Shown: piece after piece, positions 39,141 to 51,300 of the stretch
Layout: every line of letters starts with the position of its first letter
Numbering within the stretch: the first letter of the stretch is position 1
Assembly: GCA_950097015.1 (NCBI GenBank)
Contig: CATNEN010000001.1
Span: 16,926,001 to 16,990,000 of the forward strand
Direction of reading: 5' to 3'
Length of the DNA stretch: 64,000 nucleotides
Source of the DNA: Macrostomum hystrix
Lineage: Eukaryota > Animalia > Platyhelminthes
Notes under the pieces: generated by a model
The model's input: only the letters and a program-made list of their open reading frames with translations
Told to the model about the DNA's origin: nothing
Database searches by the model: none
Program-made: the position numbers and the translations under genes

Positions 39141-42100
39141 TCACAGGTCGCCAAGATCAACAGCCGCATTATCTCGTCCAAGTCCGTGTACATCAGCTCT
39201 GTCCAGAGCTGAGGCGACTTCTGGCAGCTGCCCCTCTCTTAGAAGCTGACCGCAAGCGTTGCCAGCAGACTTTCTACCACCGGTTGACTGGTTGTTTTCT
39301 GGATTACATTCAGTACAATTAGTAAAGCAGCAATGGTTCGAGACTGTGATTTTGCTGAGACACGTGTCTAAAGATTACTCAAAAGAAAATTATTTGTCAC
39401 GTGATACTTACTCTGCGAGTGCATTCGGCTGAACACTTCAATGCCAGCCAACGAGAGGTCGGGTATCTCTGAAACAATTGTAATTTCACATGCGTACGTT
39501 ACTTAGTTATCGACGCACGTCATTTTCGGGAGGAGTGAAGGCTTGGGGACTTGTTATGCAATCGGTAGCGCACCCATTTCTGTCCTTATTTACCTGCGCG
39601 TACATGTGCACTCTAATTATGCCTTTCTGCCGTCAACCTCGCTTTTTGACCCATTCATTTTTTGCAGCCAAAACCAACGAAGTCGTTTTCTTTAAGTTTT
39701 TCATTAATTTTGTGTGAGTCGTATGTGCTCAGGGGTTAGCGGAATGGGTAGAATTGCTTCCTAACTGGCTGCGGGTCGGCCATTAAACCAGAAATACTAT
39801 GATTGACAAGCCAGACAGCCTTACTTTCCTCCCAGCCGTGTCCGTAGGCAGCCAGCGGGTAGGCCGGCTCGCCGTGCTTCGGAATGTCGAGTCCTTTGAT
39901 CTCGAACTCTTCGCTGACGCGGAACAGTTGCAGCAGCCGCAGGCAGCCAAATATCACAACAGACAAGCCGGCGGACCACAGGACAATTGCACCAGCTCCA
40001 ACCAGCTGCCAGAGCAGCGTCAGTCCCGACTGCCGGCTCGGATTGATGAAGATGCCGTCACTGACGCGGAAGAAGGCCACCGAGACGACTCCAACAAAGC
40101 CGCCGCCCATGTGAACTCCGACAGCTTCAAGGGGATCGTCGCAGCCGAGTTTTAGCACCAGCCAGGAGAGGGTCAGGTAGGCTAGACTGGCTGCCAGACC
40201 GACGAGCAGAGAAGACCAGGGCGGCACCACGTTGCAGCCGGCGCAGATGGCCACCATGCCTTGTTTTTTATAATAGGTGATTGATAATTTTTTGATCTGG
40301 AGTAACAATAGTTTCTCTTTCTTTTCTTTCTCACCTCTTCACCTCTTTCTCTAAAACTAATTTCTCAGAAGATTCCTGAATTAGTATAAAGACTAACTCC
40401 GCTTTAGAAGATTCTACCATACCTTCAGCAGATTCCATATTCCTTCAGCAGATTCCACATTCCTTCAGCAGATTCCACATTCCTTCAGCAGATTCCTGCA
40501 ATCCTTCAGCAGATTCCACAATCCCTCAGCATATTCCGACAATTATCCTTCAGCATATTCCACAATCCCTCAGTATGTTCCGACAATTATCCTTCAGCAG
40601 ATTCCACATTCCTTCAGCAGATTCCACATTCCTTCAGCAGATTCCTGCAATCCTTCAGCATATTCCACAATCCCTCAGCATATTCCGACAATTATCCTTC
40701 AGCAGATTCCACAATCCCTCAGCATATTGCGACAATTATCCTTCAGCAGATTACGACAATTATCCTTCAGCTGATTCTACAATCCTTCAGCTGATTCTAC
40801 AATCCTTCAGCTGATTCCACAATCCCTCAGCATATTCCGACAATAATCCTTCAGCATATTCCACAATCCCTCAGCATATTCCGACAATTATCTTTCAGCA
40901 GATTCCACAATCCCTCAGCATATTCCGACAATTATCCTTCAGCAGATTCCACAATCCCTCAGCATATTCCGACAATTATCCTTCAGCAGATTCCACATTC
41001 CTTCAGCAGATTCCTGCAATCCTTCAGCAGATTCCACAATCCCTCAGCATATTCCGACAATTATCCTTCAGCATATTCCACAATCCCTCAGTATGTTCCG
41101 ACAATTATCCTTCAGCAGATTCCACAATCCCTCAGCATATTCCGACAATTATCCTTCAGCAGATTCCACAATCCCTCAGCATATTCCGACAATTATCCTT
41201 CAGCAGATTCCGACAATTATCCTTCAGCTGATTCTACAATCCTTCAGCTGATTCTACAATCCTTCAGCTGATTCTACAATCCTTCAGCTGATTCCACAAT
41301 CCCTCAGCATATTCCGACAATTATCCTTCAGCAGATTCCACAATCCCTCAGCATATTCCGACAATTATCCTTCAGCAGATTCCACAATCCCTCAGCATAT
41401 TCCGACAATTATCCTTCAGCAGATTCCGACAATTATCCTTCAGCTGATTCTACAATCCTTCAGCTGATTCTACAATCCTTCAGCTGATTCCACAATCCCT
41501 CAGCATATTCCGACAATTATCCTTCAGCAGATTCTACAATCCTTCAGCAGATTCTACAATCCTTCAGCTGATTCTACAATCCTTCAGCTGATTCCACAAT
41601 CCCTCAGCATATTCCGAAAGTCCTTCAGCAAATTTTCACAATCCTTCTGCAGATTCCATAATCATTCAGCAGATTCCTGGAATACTTCAGCAGATTCCAC
41701 AATTCTATAATAAACATAATTACCAGCCAGTCCGCCGTTGATAGTGCTCAGTAGTGACCAGGTCTTGAATCGCAGCTTCTGTATGGACATGGTTAGAAAG
41801 GCCGCGCTGCTGCCACTGAGGCAGGTGTTGACCATCGACAGAGACACGGCTTGTCCGTCTCCGCCCGAAGCGATGGCGCCCTGCGAACCGCCGTTGAATG
41901 CCAGAAAGCCGAAGAACAAGACGAAGCCGCCAATAGACACCAGGGGCACGGAGTGTCCGCGGATTTCCCGCGGCATTCCCGTCACCGGGTCAAAACGGCC
42001 CAATCTGGGGCGCAAAATGATGGCTGCAACAAGGGCCGCCGAGCCGCCGAGCAGGTGGACAACCCCGGAGCCGGCGAAGTCCTGATAACAGAGGCCCGAA

Positions 42101-44333
42101 TAAAAGATACACTAGTCTGCTGATTTTCATGCCCGACTCAGAAGACTTCAGAACTAAAAAAACTAAAAAAAAGGAAAGAAGGGTCCACTCACGTGATACT
42201 TCATCAGCAGGGGTACGCCATCGTCACTAAACGTGATACTCGCTCCCTGAGCTAGCCAACCGTTGGGCGCCCAGACCCAGTGCGTCACAATCGGGTACAT
42301 GAAACCTGAGACAGTTAGGGTGCATTGGTTTTAATTGGTTGTATACGACGGATGCCGCCTGTTAGACAGCAGTGTCACCTGTTAGACACGAGTGTCACCT
42401 GTTAGACACGAGTATCACCTGTTAGACATGAGTGTCACCTGTTAGACATGTGTGTCACCTGTTAGACATGAGTGTCACCTGTTAGACAGCAGTGTCACCT
42501 GTTAGACACGAGTGTCACCTGTTTGATATGAGTGTCACCTGTTGTACAGGAGTGTCACCTGTTAGACATGATTATCACCTGTTAGACATGAGAGTCACCT
42601 GTTAGACATGAGTGTCACCTGTTAGACATGAGAGTCACCTGTTAGACATGAGAGTCACCTGTTAGACATGAGTGTCACCTGTTAGACATGAGGGTCACCT
42701 GTTAGACATGAGTGTCACCTGTTAGACATGAGTGTCACCTGTTAGACATGTGTGTCACCTGTTAGACAGGAGTGTCACCTGTTAGACATGAGTGTCACCT
42801 GTTAGACATGAGTGTCACCTGTTAGACATGATTGTGACCTGTTAGACATGAGTGTCACCTGTTAGACATGATTGTCACCTGTTAGACACTCACAGAGCAG
42901 CTCACCTGAAATAAGCGCCGAATAGATGAGGTAGCCCACAAACTCGCATCTCTCTGCCACGGCACCGCTGACAATGGTGGCCGCCGTGGCAGCGAACATA
43001 AAATTGAACAGCACGTGAGAATATTTCATCGCCGGCAGGCCGCTCAGGGCCCAGTACTTGTCGCCACAGAAACGATTTCCAGGATTGCCGAATGCCAAAG
43101 CATAGCCAACCAGGTAGTAGGATAAACCGCCAATAACTGCCTCGGAATTTGTGATTTTAGTGTTCTTATTATCTGGTGCAATCTCGCGCAGTCTGGCCTA
43201 ATCTGTTATCATGGCATCTATTCTCTACTGATATACTTACTGTCTTGAGATCTATTCTCTTACCAGATCTATTCTCTCTCCGTATCTATTCTCTCTAGAT
43301 CTATGCTCTCTAGATCTATTCTCTTACCAGATCTATTCTCTCCAGATCTATTCTCTCCAGATCTATTCTCTCCAGATCTATTCTCTCCAGATCTATTCTC
43401 TCTCCGGATCTATTCTCTCCAGATCTATTCTCTCCAGATCTATTCTCTCCGGATCTATTCTCTCCAGATCTATTCTCTCTCCGTATCTATTCTCTTCAGA
43501 TCTATTCTCTCCAGATCTATTCTCTCCAGATCTATTCTCTCCAGATCTGTTCTCTCCAGATCTATTCTCTCCAGATCTATTTTCTCCAGATCTATTCTCT
43601 CCAGATCTATTCTCTCGAGATCTATTTTCTCCAGATATATTCTCTCCAGATCTATTCTCTCCAGATCTATTCTCTCTAGATCTATTCTCTCCAGATCTAT
43701 TTTCTCCAGATCTATTCTCTCCAGATCTATTCTCTCCAGATCTATTCTCTCTCCGTATCTATTCTCTCCAGATCTATTCTCTCCGGATCTATTCTCTCCA
43801 GATCTATTCTCTCTAGATCTATTCTCTCTCCGTATCTATTCTCTCCAGATCTATTCTCTCCAGATCTATTTTCTCCAGATCTATTCTCTCCAGATCTATT
43901 CTCTCCAGATCTATTCTCTCCAGATCTATTCTCTCCAGATCTATTCTCTCCAGATCTATTTTCTCCAGATCTATTCTCTCCAGATCTATTCTCTCCAGAT
44001 CTTTTCTCTCCAGATCTATTCTCTCCAGATCTATTCTCTCCGTATCTATTCTCTCTAGACCTATTCTCTCCAGATCTATTCTTCCTACTAGCAGGATCTC
44101 GCAGGCTACTCACATGAGTCCAGAATATTCTTGATGAGGATGTTGGTGACATTCTTAGAGCGCACAGCGCCAGCCTCTAGCAGAGCGAAGCCGCACTGCA
44201 TGAAGTACACAACGATGGCCATTGTGCACAAGAAGAAGTCGTTCAACGACTGGTTGCCGCCATTGAATCTAGCCAGAATCGCAGCCATGCTTGACTCCGT
44301 GACTGCTCCAGGAGTGGCGTTTGCTGAGTCCAT
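39141..44333 (-). CDS. amt: Ammonium transporter, Amt family, paralog A (~523 aa)
   Basis: Exons 44114-44333 (FMQCGFALLEAGAVRSKN), 42906-43136 (FAATAATIVSGAVAERC), 42193-42305 (YPIVTHWVW), 41724-42081 (DFAGSGVVH...GFLAFNGGS...NGGLAG), 39825-40259 (MVAICAG...DDPLEAVGVH...EIKGLD), 39412-39468, 39141-39298. All GT-AG and in phase; the last two exons are less certain but are supported by paralog similarity. Confidence 0.92.
39712..39778 (+). mobile_element. Short degraded fragment of the SINE family at 49398-49700
   Basis: GTGCTCAGGGGTTAGCGGAATGGGTAGAATTGC resembles GTGCTCAGGAGTCAGCGAAATGGGCAGAATTGC at 49577-49609. Confidence 0.55.
40420..41703. repeat. Complex ~20/23 bp repeat (CCTTCAGCAGATTCCACAAT / ATTCCGACAATTAT), Amt-A intron 4
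   Basis: Directly visible, with higher-order alternation. Confidence 0.92.
42357..42890. repeat. 20 bp repeat (CCTGTTAGACATGAGTGTCA), Amt-A intron 2
   Basis: Directly visible; reverse complement of the TGTCTAACAGG core. Confidence 0.95.
43247..44082. repeat. 15 bp repeat (AGATCTATTCTCTCC), Amt-A intron 1
   Basis: Directly visible. Confidence 0.95.
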
Positions 44334-44684
44334 TCGTCTGCTTTTTGGCCGAGCAATAGATTTTTCGCTTTCAATCAAAATTAGTTGGTTGAGAACAAGA
44401 ATTTCGCAAATGGGGATAAATTTTGTGTCTGCGTGGGATGGTTTAAATGTCGGTTGAGCAACCATCGATATTAGACCCAATGCGGGCCTAGAGGGTTTCA
44501 TGTTTCTCTAGTTCAGGTTTTATGATTCAATCTAACCTACTAGATGTATGTACTGGATAAAAATTAATTAAATGTTTCTATCGATTTAAATGACGATGGG
44601 GGGCGTTAACCAACTTTTTCATTTCTTCCTACTACTGTCATTATGGTCATTGCTGCATACGGCTTAGGGCCATTATGTCTTAGA

Positions 44685-45992
44685 GAGAAGTGTTAGACAC
44701 TATAGACAGTAGTGTCAGAAGATGTTAGACAGTGCTGCTACATGTTAGACAGACGTGTTAGATGTTAGACAGAAGTGTTAGATGTTAGACAGAAGTGTTA
44801 AATGTTAGACAGAAGTGTTAGATGTTAGAAAGAAGTGTTAGATGTTAGACAGAAGTGTTAGATGTTAGACAGAAGTGTTAGATGTTAGACAGAAGTGTTA
44901 GATGTTAGAAAGAAGTGTTAGATGTTAGACAGAAGTGTTAGATGTTAGACAGAAGTGTTAGATGTTAGACAGAAGTGTTAGATGTTAGACAGAAGTGTTA
45001 GATGTTAGACAGAAGTGTTAGATGTTAGACAGAAGTGTTAGATTTTAGACAGAAGTGTTAGATGTTAGACAGAAGTGTTAGATGTTAGACAGAAGTGTTA
45101 GATGTTAGAAAGAAGTGTTAGATGTTAGACAGAAGTGTTAAATGTTAGACAGAAGTGTTAGATGTTAGACAGAAGTGTTAAATGTTAGACAGAAGTGTTA
45201 GATGTTAGAAAGAAGTGTTAGATGTTAGACAGAAGTGTTAGATGTTAGACAGAAGTGTTAGATGTTAGACAGAAGTGTTAGATGTTAGAAAGAAGTGTTA
45301 GATGTTAGACAGAAGTGTTAGATGTTAGACAGAAGTGTTAGATGTTAGACAGAAGTGTTAGATGTTAGACAGAAGTGTTAGATGTTAGACAGAAGTGTTA
45401 GATGTTAGACAGAAGTGTTAGATGTTAGACAGAAGTGTTAGATGTTAGACAGAAGTGTTAGATGTTAGACAGAAGTGTTAGATGTTAGACAGAAGTGTTA
45501 GATGTTAGACAGAAGTGTTAGATGTTAGACAGAAGTGTTAGATGTTAGAAAGAAGTGTTAGATGTTAGACAGAAGTGTTAAATGTTAGACAGAAGTGTTA
45601 GATGTTAGAAAGAAGTGTTAGATGTTAGACAGAAGTGTTAGATGTTAGACAGAAGTGTTAGATGTTAGACAGAAGTGTTAGATGTTAGAAAGAAGTGTTA
45701 GATGTTAGACAGAAGTGTTAGATGTTAGACAGAAGTGTTAGATGTTAGACAGAAGTGTTAGATGTTAGACAGAAGTGTTAGATGTTAGACAGAAGTGTTA
45801 GATGTTAGACAGAAGTGTTAGATGTTAGACAGAAGTGTTAGATGTTAGACAGAAGTGTTAGATGTTAGACAGAAGTGTTAGATGTTAGACAGAAGTGTTA
45901 GATGTTAGAAAGAAGTGTTAGATGTTAGACAGAAGTGTTAGATGTTAGAAGGAAGTTTTAGATGTTAGACAGAAGTGTTAGATGTTAGACAG
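44685..45992. repeat. 20 bp repeat (GATGTTAGACAGAAGTGTTA), intergenic between Amt-A and Amt-B
   Basis: Directly visible. Confidence 0.97.
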
Positions 45993-46598
45993 TATTTGAG
46001 ATTTAGAAAGTGGAGAAATAAGTTTACATTGAATCCTGTCAATCATATTGCAAAACCCAAATTTTTCTGATATTTTGTAGCCTGTTTCACAGTATATCAC
46101 AGTTGAAGTTCAGATACGGGTTCGGACCTGTTATTTCCGAATTTTTAATGACTTGAGTACAAATAATCTATGTTGGAATTAATGATGTCTATTCTACGCT
46201 CGTATTGGGCTGTTTTCTTTAAAACAAAGAAAAACTATTTAGATCTTAAACGTAAGGCAGAACATATTCTGTCAATCATTTTTCCACCTTCTAGTGATAC
46301 GAGCTATTTTGCACTAAAAATTTCGCTCCTTAACCCGGAAACATGTGCATGGCTGTTGTGATTTTTAATTAAGAATCAGTCACCCTTTGTAAAAATTTAG
46401 AAAACTAATTTAGATTTAGGTGGAACGGGCTTCTTGTTGGCTTTGATGTACTTGAACCCACCCGACTTACGAAATCGATAATCAAAAACTGACAGAGCGA
46501 GGAAAAATAGTGACTCGTTTGAAGTTTTTTTTTATATTCTTCTGTTTCTTTGAAATTAAAAATTAAGTATTTTTAGGTCAAGCAAATAAAATTGTGAA

Positions 46599-47661
46599 AG
46601 TACTGACGGTGGGTACTGACAGTGAGTACTGACAGTGAGTACTGACAGTGAGTACTGACAGTGAGTACTGACAGTGAAATCTGACAGTGAGTACTGACAG
46701 TGAGTACTGACAGTGAGTACTGACAGTGAGTACTGACAGTGAGTACTGACAGTGAGTACTGACAGTGAGTACTGACAGTGAGTACTGACAGTGAAATCTG
46801 ACAGTGAGTACTGACAGTGAGTACTGACAGGGAGTACTGACAGTGAGTACTGACAGTGAGTACTGACAGTGAAATCTGACAGTGAAATCTGACAGTGAGT
46901 ACAGACAGTGAGTACTGACAGTGAAATCTGACAGTGAGTACTGACAGTGAGTACTGACAGTGAGTACTGACAGTGAGTACTGACAGTGAGTACTGACAGT
47001 GAGTACTGACAGTGAGTACTGACAGTGAAATCTGACAGTGAAATCTGACAGTGAGTACAGACAGTGAGTACTGACAGTGAAATCTGACAGTGAGTACTGA
47101 CAGTGAGTACTGACAGTGAGTACTGACAGTGAGTACTGACAGTGAGTACTGACAGTGAGTACTGACAGTGAGTACTGACAGTGAAATCTTACAGTGAAAT
47201 CTGACAGTGAAATCTGACAGTGAGTACTGACAGTGAGTACTGACAGTGAGTACTGACAGTGAGTACTGACAGTGAAATCTTACAGTGAAATCTGACAGTG
47301 AAATCTGACAGTGAGTACTGACAGTGAGTACTGACAGTGAGTACTGACAGTGAGTACTGACAGTGAGTACTGACAGTGAGTACTGACAGTGAGTACTGAC
47401 AGTGAGTACTGACAGTGAAATCTTACAGTGAAATCTGACAGTGAAATCTGACAGTGAGTACTGACAGTGAGTACTGACAGTGAGTACTGACAGTGAGTAC
47501 TGACAGTGAAATCTTACAGTGAAATCTGACAGTGAAATCTGACAGTGAGTACTGACAGTGAGTACTGACAGTGAGTACTGACAGTGAGTACTGACAGTGA
47601 GTACTGACAGTGAAATCTGACAGTGAGTACTGACAGTGAAATCTGACAGTGAGTACTGACA
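46599..47661. repeat. 13 bp repeat (GAGTACTGACAGT, variant GAAATCTGACAGT)
   Basis: Directly visible. Confidence 0.97.
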
Positions 47662-47851
47662 TTGAGTCCGGACAGTGTCTTATTACCTTCATTTCTCTCT
47701 GCATAACAGATGTAACTCCCAAAGGTGATTAAGACCATAGATTAAAAGAACGAAAATTTCTTAGAAATTCAATAGTCAGTCATTATCAACTAAACCTGAA
47801 GAAGATTATGAATGACGTAGCCTCTAACACCACAAAACAATGGAGTAAGGC

Positions 47852-47888
<37 letters not shown>

Positions 47889-47902
47889 CCATCTATCGTC
47901 CC

Positions 47903-47998
47903 AGCCCAATCAGATAAAGTCCCCAATGGATTATCAAAGAGACGACACTGATAGGGGATTTGCGAGGCGGATTAGAAGAAAAAAGGGCCTATAAAAAG
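47903..47998 (+). promoter_or_regulatory. Candidate core promoter of Amt-B (CCAAT, GATA motifs, TATAAAA)
   Basis: CCAATCAGATAA near 47906 and TATAAAA at 47990-47996, ~380 nt upstream of the ATG; motif match only. Confidence 0.3.
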
Positions 47999-48376
47999 TG
48001 ATTGAAAGATGAAGGCATGGAAGTGCAATTAATAATCACTAGGTTCAGAGCGGGTGCAACAGTTGAAAGGGCTGTGTTTTCGCTAATGAGCACACATCGA
48101 CTGGACTAAACTGGACTACAGCCTGAATGAGTTGCAACCCCCGTGTACTGTAGGGAGTTGAAATACTGCTTGCTTCATTCACACAAAAAATCTACCGAAA
48201 AACTCGATCCTCAGCTGGGACAAAATCTCTAGGAAGTGATTTGCTGTTTGAGTTCACGCGGAGTGCTCTGTTACACCGACTAGGCTGAGTTGGGATTTAA
48301 CCAGCTCTCCTCACCGACTTAGCTTGCCCCGCCTCTGACAGATTGAGAAGAAAAATTTAACGACCAAAGCTATACA

Positions 48377-51300
48377 ATGGATTCTTTAGTGAGCAATGTC
48401 ACCCAAGCTGCTGCCGCCATCGCCAACCTTCTGGCGGCTGTGGACGCCATGAAATTATCGCTGAACGATTTCTTCCTCTGCGTCGCCTCCATGATCATCT
48501 ACTTCATGCAAGCCGGCTTCGCGTTTCTTGAAGCCGGCTCGGTGAGGTCCAAGAATGTCACCAACATCCTGATCAAGAACGCGCTGGATTCCTGTGAGTG
48601 ACTTGGAATTCGCACATCAGAGTTCTGGAGTGTTGCGTTTGCACTGAACAATGCTGGAAGGCGTCTTCAAAGTCAACATTTGAAAGTCTTTTCTCATTTT
48701 AAGTTTCGGAGATAGTGCTTTCAAGCTGAAGGTTCAGGGGCAGTGTCTTCAACCTGAAGGTTCAGGGGCAGTGTCTTCAAGCTGAAGGGTCAGGGATAGT
48801 GTCTTCAAGCTGAAGGTTCAGGGATAGTGTCTTCAAGCTGAAGGTTCAGGGATAGCGTCTTCAAGCTGAAGGGTCAGGGATAGTGTCTTCAAGCTGAAGA
48901 TTCAGGGATAGTGTCTTCAAGCTGAAGATTCAGGGATAGTGTCTTCAAGCTGAAGGTTCAGGGATAGCGTCTTCAAGCTGAAGGTCCAGTGATAGCGTCT
49001 TCAAGCTGAAGGTTCAGGGATAGCGTCTTCAAGCTGTACCCGATCCCTGCATTCGCCAGTCATAGGTGCCCTGGCCTACTATGTTTTCGGCTATGCCCTT
49101 GGCTACGGTGACCCGTCGAATGGGTTCTGCGGCGAGAAGTACTGGGCCTTGAGCGGCCTGCCATCCGCCAGCTACTCGCACGTGTTGTTCAACTTCATGT
49201 TCGCCGCAACATCGTCCACGATTGTTAGCGGCGCTGTGGCTGAGAGATGCGAGTTTGTCTCCTATTTGTTTTACTCGGCGGTCATCACCGGTGAGAACTG
49301 TTGGAGCTCTTGTTGGTAGAAAGATAAGTAGATTAAAAAGTAGATAAAGAGTTTGAAACGATGAATCGATAATACATACAAAATAGGTTGTGCTTTTGGG
49401 GAGGTCATTGGCAGAGTGGTCTAACGAATTTGCCTCTCGCACCATGGTCCCTGAGCTCGATTCCGCTTCGAGGTCACATTCATTTTGGGCTCGGATCGTG
49501 CAATTTACGCCCTTGAGTGAAAGAGATGTACACAACTGTGTGAGAGTGTGCCTGTGTACGGTATCTGTATACGTGTGTGCTCAGGAGTCAGCGAAATGGG
49601 CAGAATTGCCTCCTCGCTCGCTGCAGGTCTAGTGTCACCAAATGATGTTCCATTGCCCGCAGTCCTCCTCCAGTTATTATCATTATTAACATTATTATTA
49701 GGTGGTTGCTACTATCCAATTTTTCCCTCTTGCTCCTCATCTTACAGGCATCGTGTACCCCATAGTCAGCCACTGGGTCTGGTCGCCGAGTGGTTGGCTA
49801 CGAAAAGGCATCTCCGTCACCTTCAGCGACGGGGTCGTGGCTGAAACGCGCTTCATGGTAAGTCTCCAGGTAGATTTCGAGTAGGTCATTTCAGCCCCTC
49901 CTGGCGGCGAGGGAAATAGCGGAAGAATGGATATCCGGAAATCAGATCTAAAAGGGAGAGCATCGTCACACGAACGTATAATCGCACTAGCAAATAAGAC
50001 CTGGATCAGGTGGCTAGATTTGAGAGGCCTTAAAGAAGATGAGACGGGACAGATTCAAGACCGGATACGGAAGTGAATTGTCTTGAAATGCATTTTCTTC
50101 TGAGCAACATTTTATCGAGCAATAATGAAAGGCCTTCAGAGTGCTCAAGGCTTCCTCTAAAAATGGCGAAAATTGAACTAAAATCTTTGATCAGAGCTTG
50201 TCGCTCTTAATGATACTTCCAGAACCTTCTTGGAAATGGACAAAGCCACACAAACAAACTACAATAGACACCATCATCGAAACAAAATATACAGAAACAG
50301 AAAGACTCGGCTCGAGATAAAAACTCGACTTTGACTTCAGAAGACACCACCTCTTGAAACACTTTAAAAAACACCACCTTTCGAACCACTTCAAAAGACC
50401 TCTCGAACCACTTCAAAAGACCTCTCGAACCACTTCAAAAGCCCTCTCGAACCACTTCAAAAGACCTCTCGAACCACTTCAATAGACCTCTCGAACCACT
50501 TCAAAAGACCTCTCGAACCACTTCAAAAGACCTCTCGAACCACTTCAAAAGACCTCTCGAACCACTTCAAAAAGACCTCTCGAACCACTTCAAAAGACCT
50601 CTCGAACCACTTCAAAAGACCTCTCGAACCACTTCAAAAGACCTCTCGAACCACTTCAAAAGACCTCTCGAACCACTTCAAAAGACCTCTCGAACCACTT
50701 CAAAAGACACCGCCTCAAGAAGACAATCAGCCAAACCCAAATCAAAGGGAGGCCGCTTCTCAACCTCTCGCAGGATTTTGCGGGATCCGGCGTGGTGCAT
50801 CTGGTTGGTGGCACAGCCGCCATCGCGGCCGCCGCCTTCCTTGGTCCCAGGGTCGGCCGATTCGCCTCCGCACGCGGCCCAGTCGAGGAGATGCGGGGCC
50901 ACTCCGTGCCGCTCGTGTCTCTGGGCGCCTTTGTCCTGCTGTTCGGCTTTCTGGCCTTCAACGGCGGCTCGCAGGGCTCGATCTCGGCTCCTGGCGATGG
51001 CCAGGCCGTGGCCTTGGCGATGCTTAACACCGTCATCAGCGGCAGCAGCGCCGCTGTCATCACGCTGGGTATAGCCAAGTTCCGGCACAAGACCTGGTCA
51101 CTGCTGAGTATTATCAACGGAGCTCTGGCTGGTATGTGCTGCATGGGTGCGCAATTTTCTTAGAAAAAATTCTCTTTCTACTCATATTTCTAGGAAATCG
51201 CTTTGCATTGTCCGCGTGAGAATTCACGAAGTGGTTTCTTAGAAACTGCGTGACGTTTTCTCTTTTTTGAAGAAAACTTGTGCGTAAGAACATTCATATA

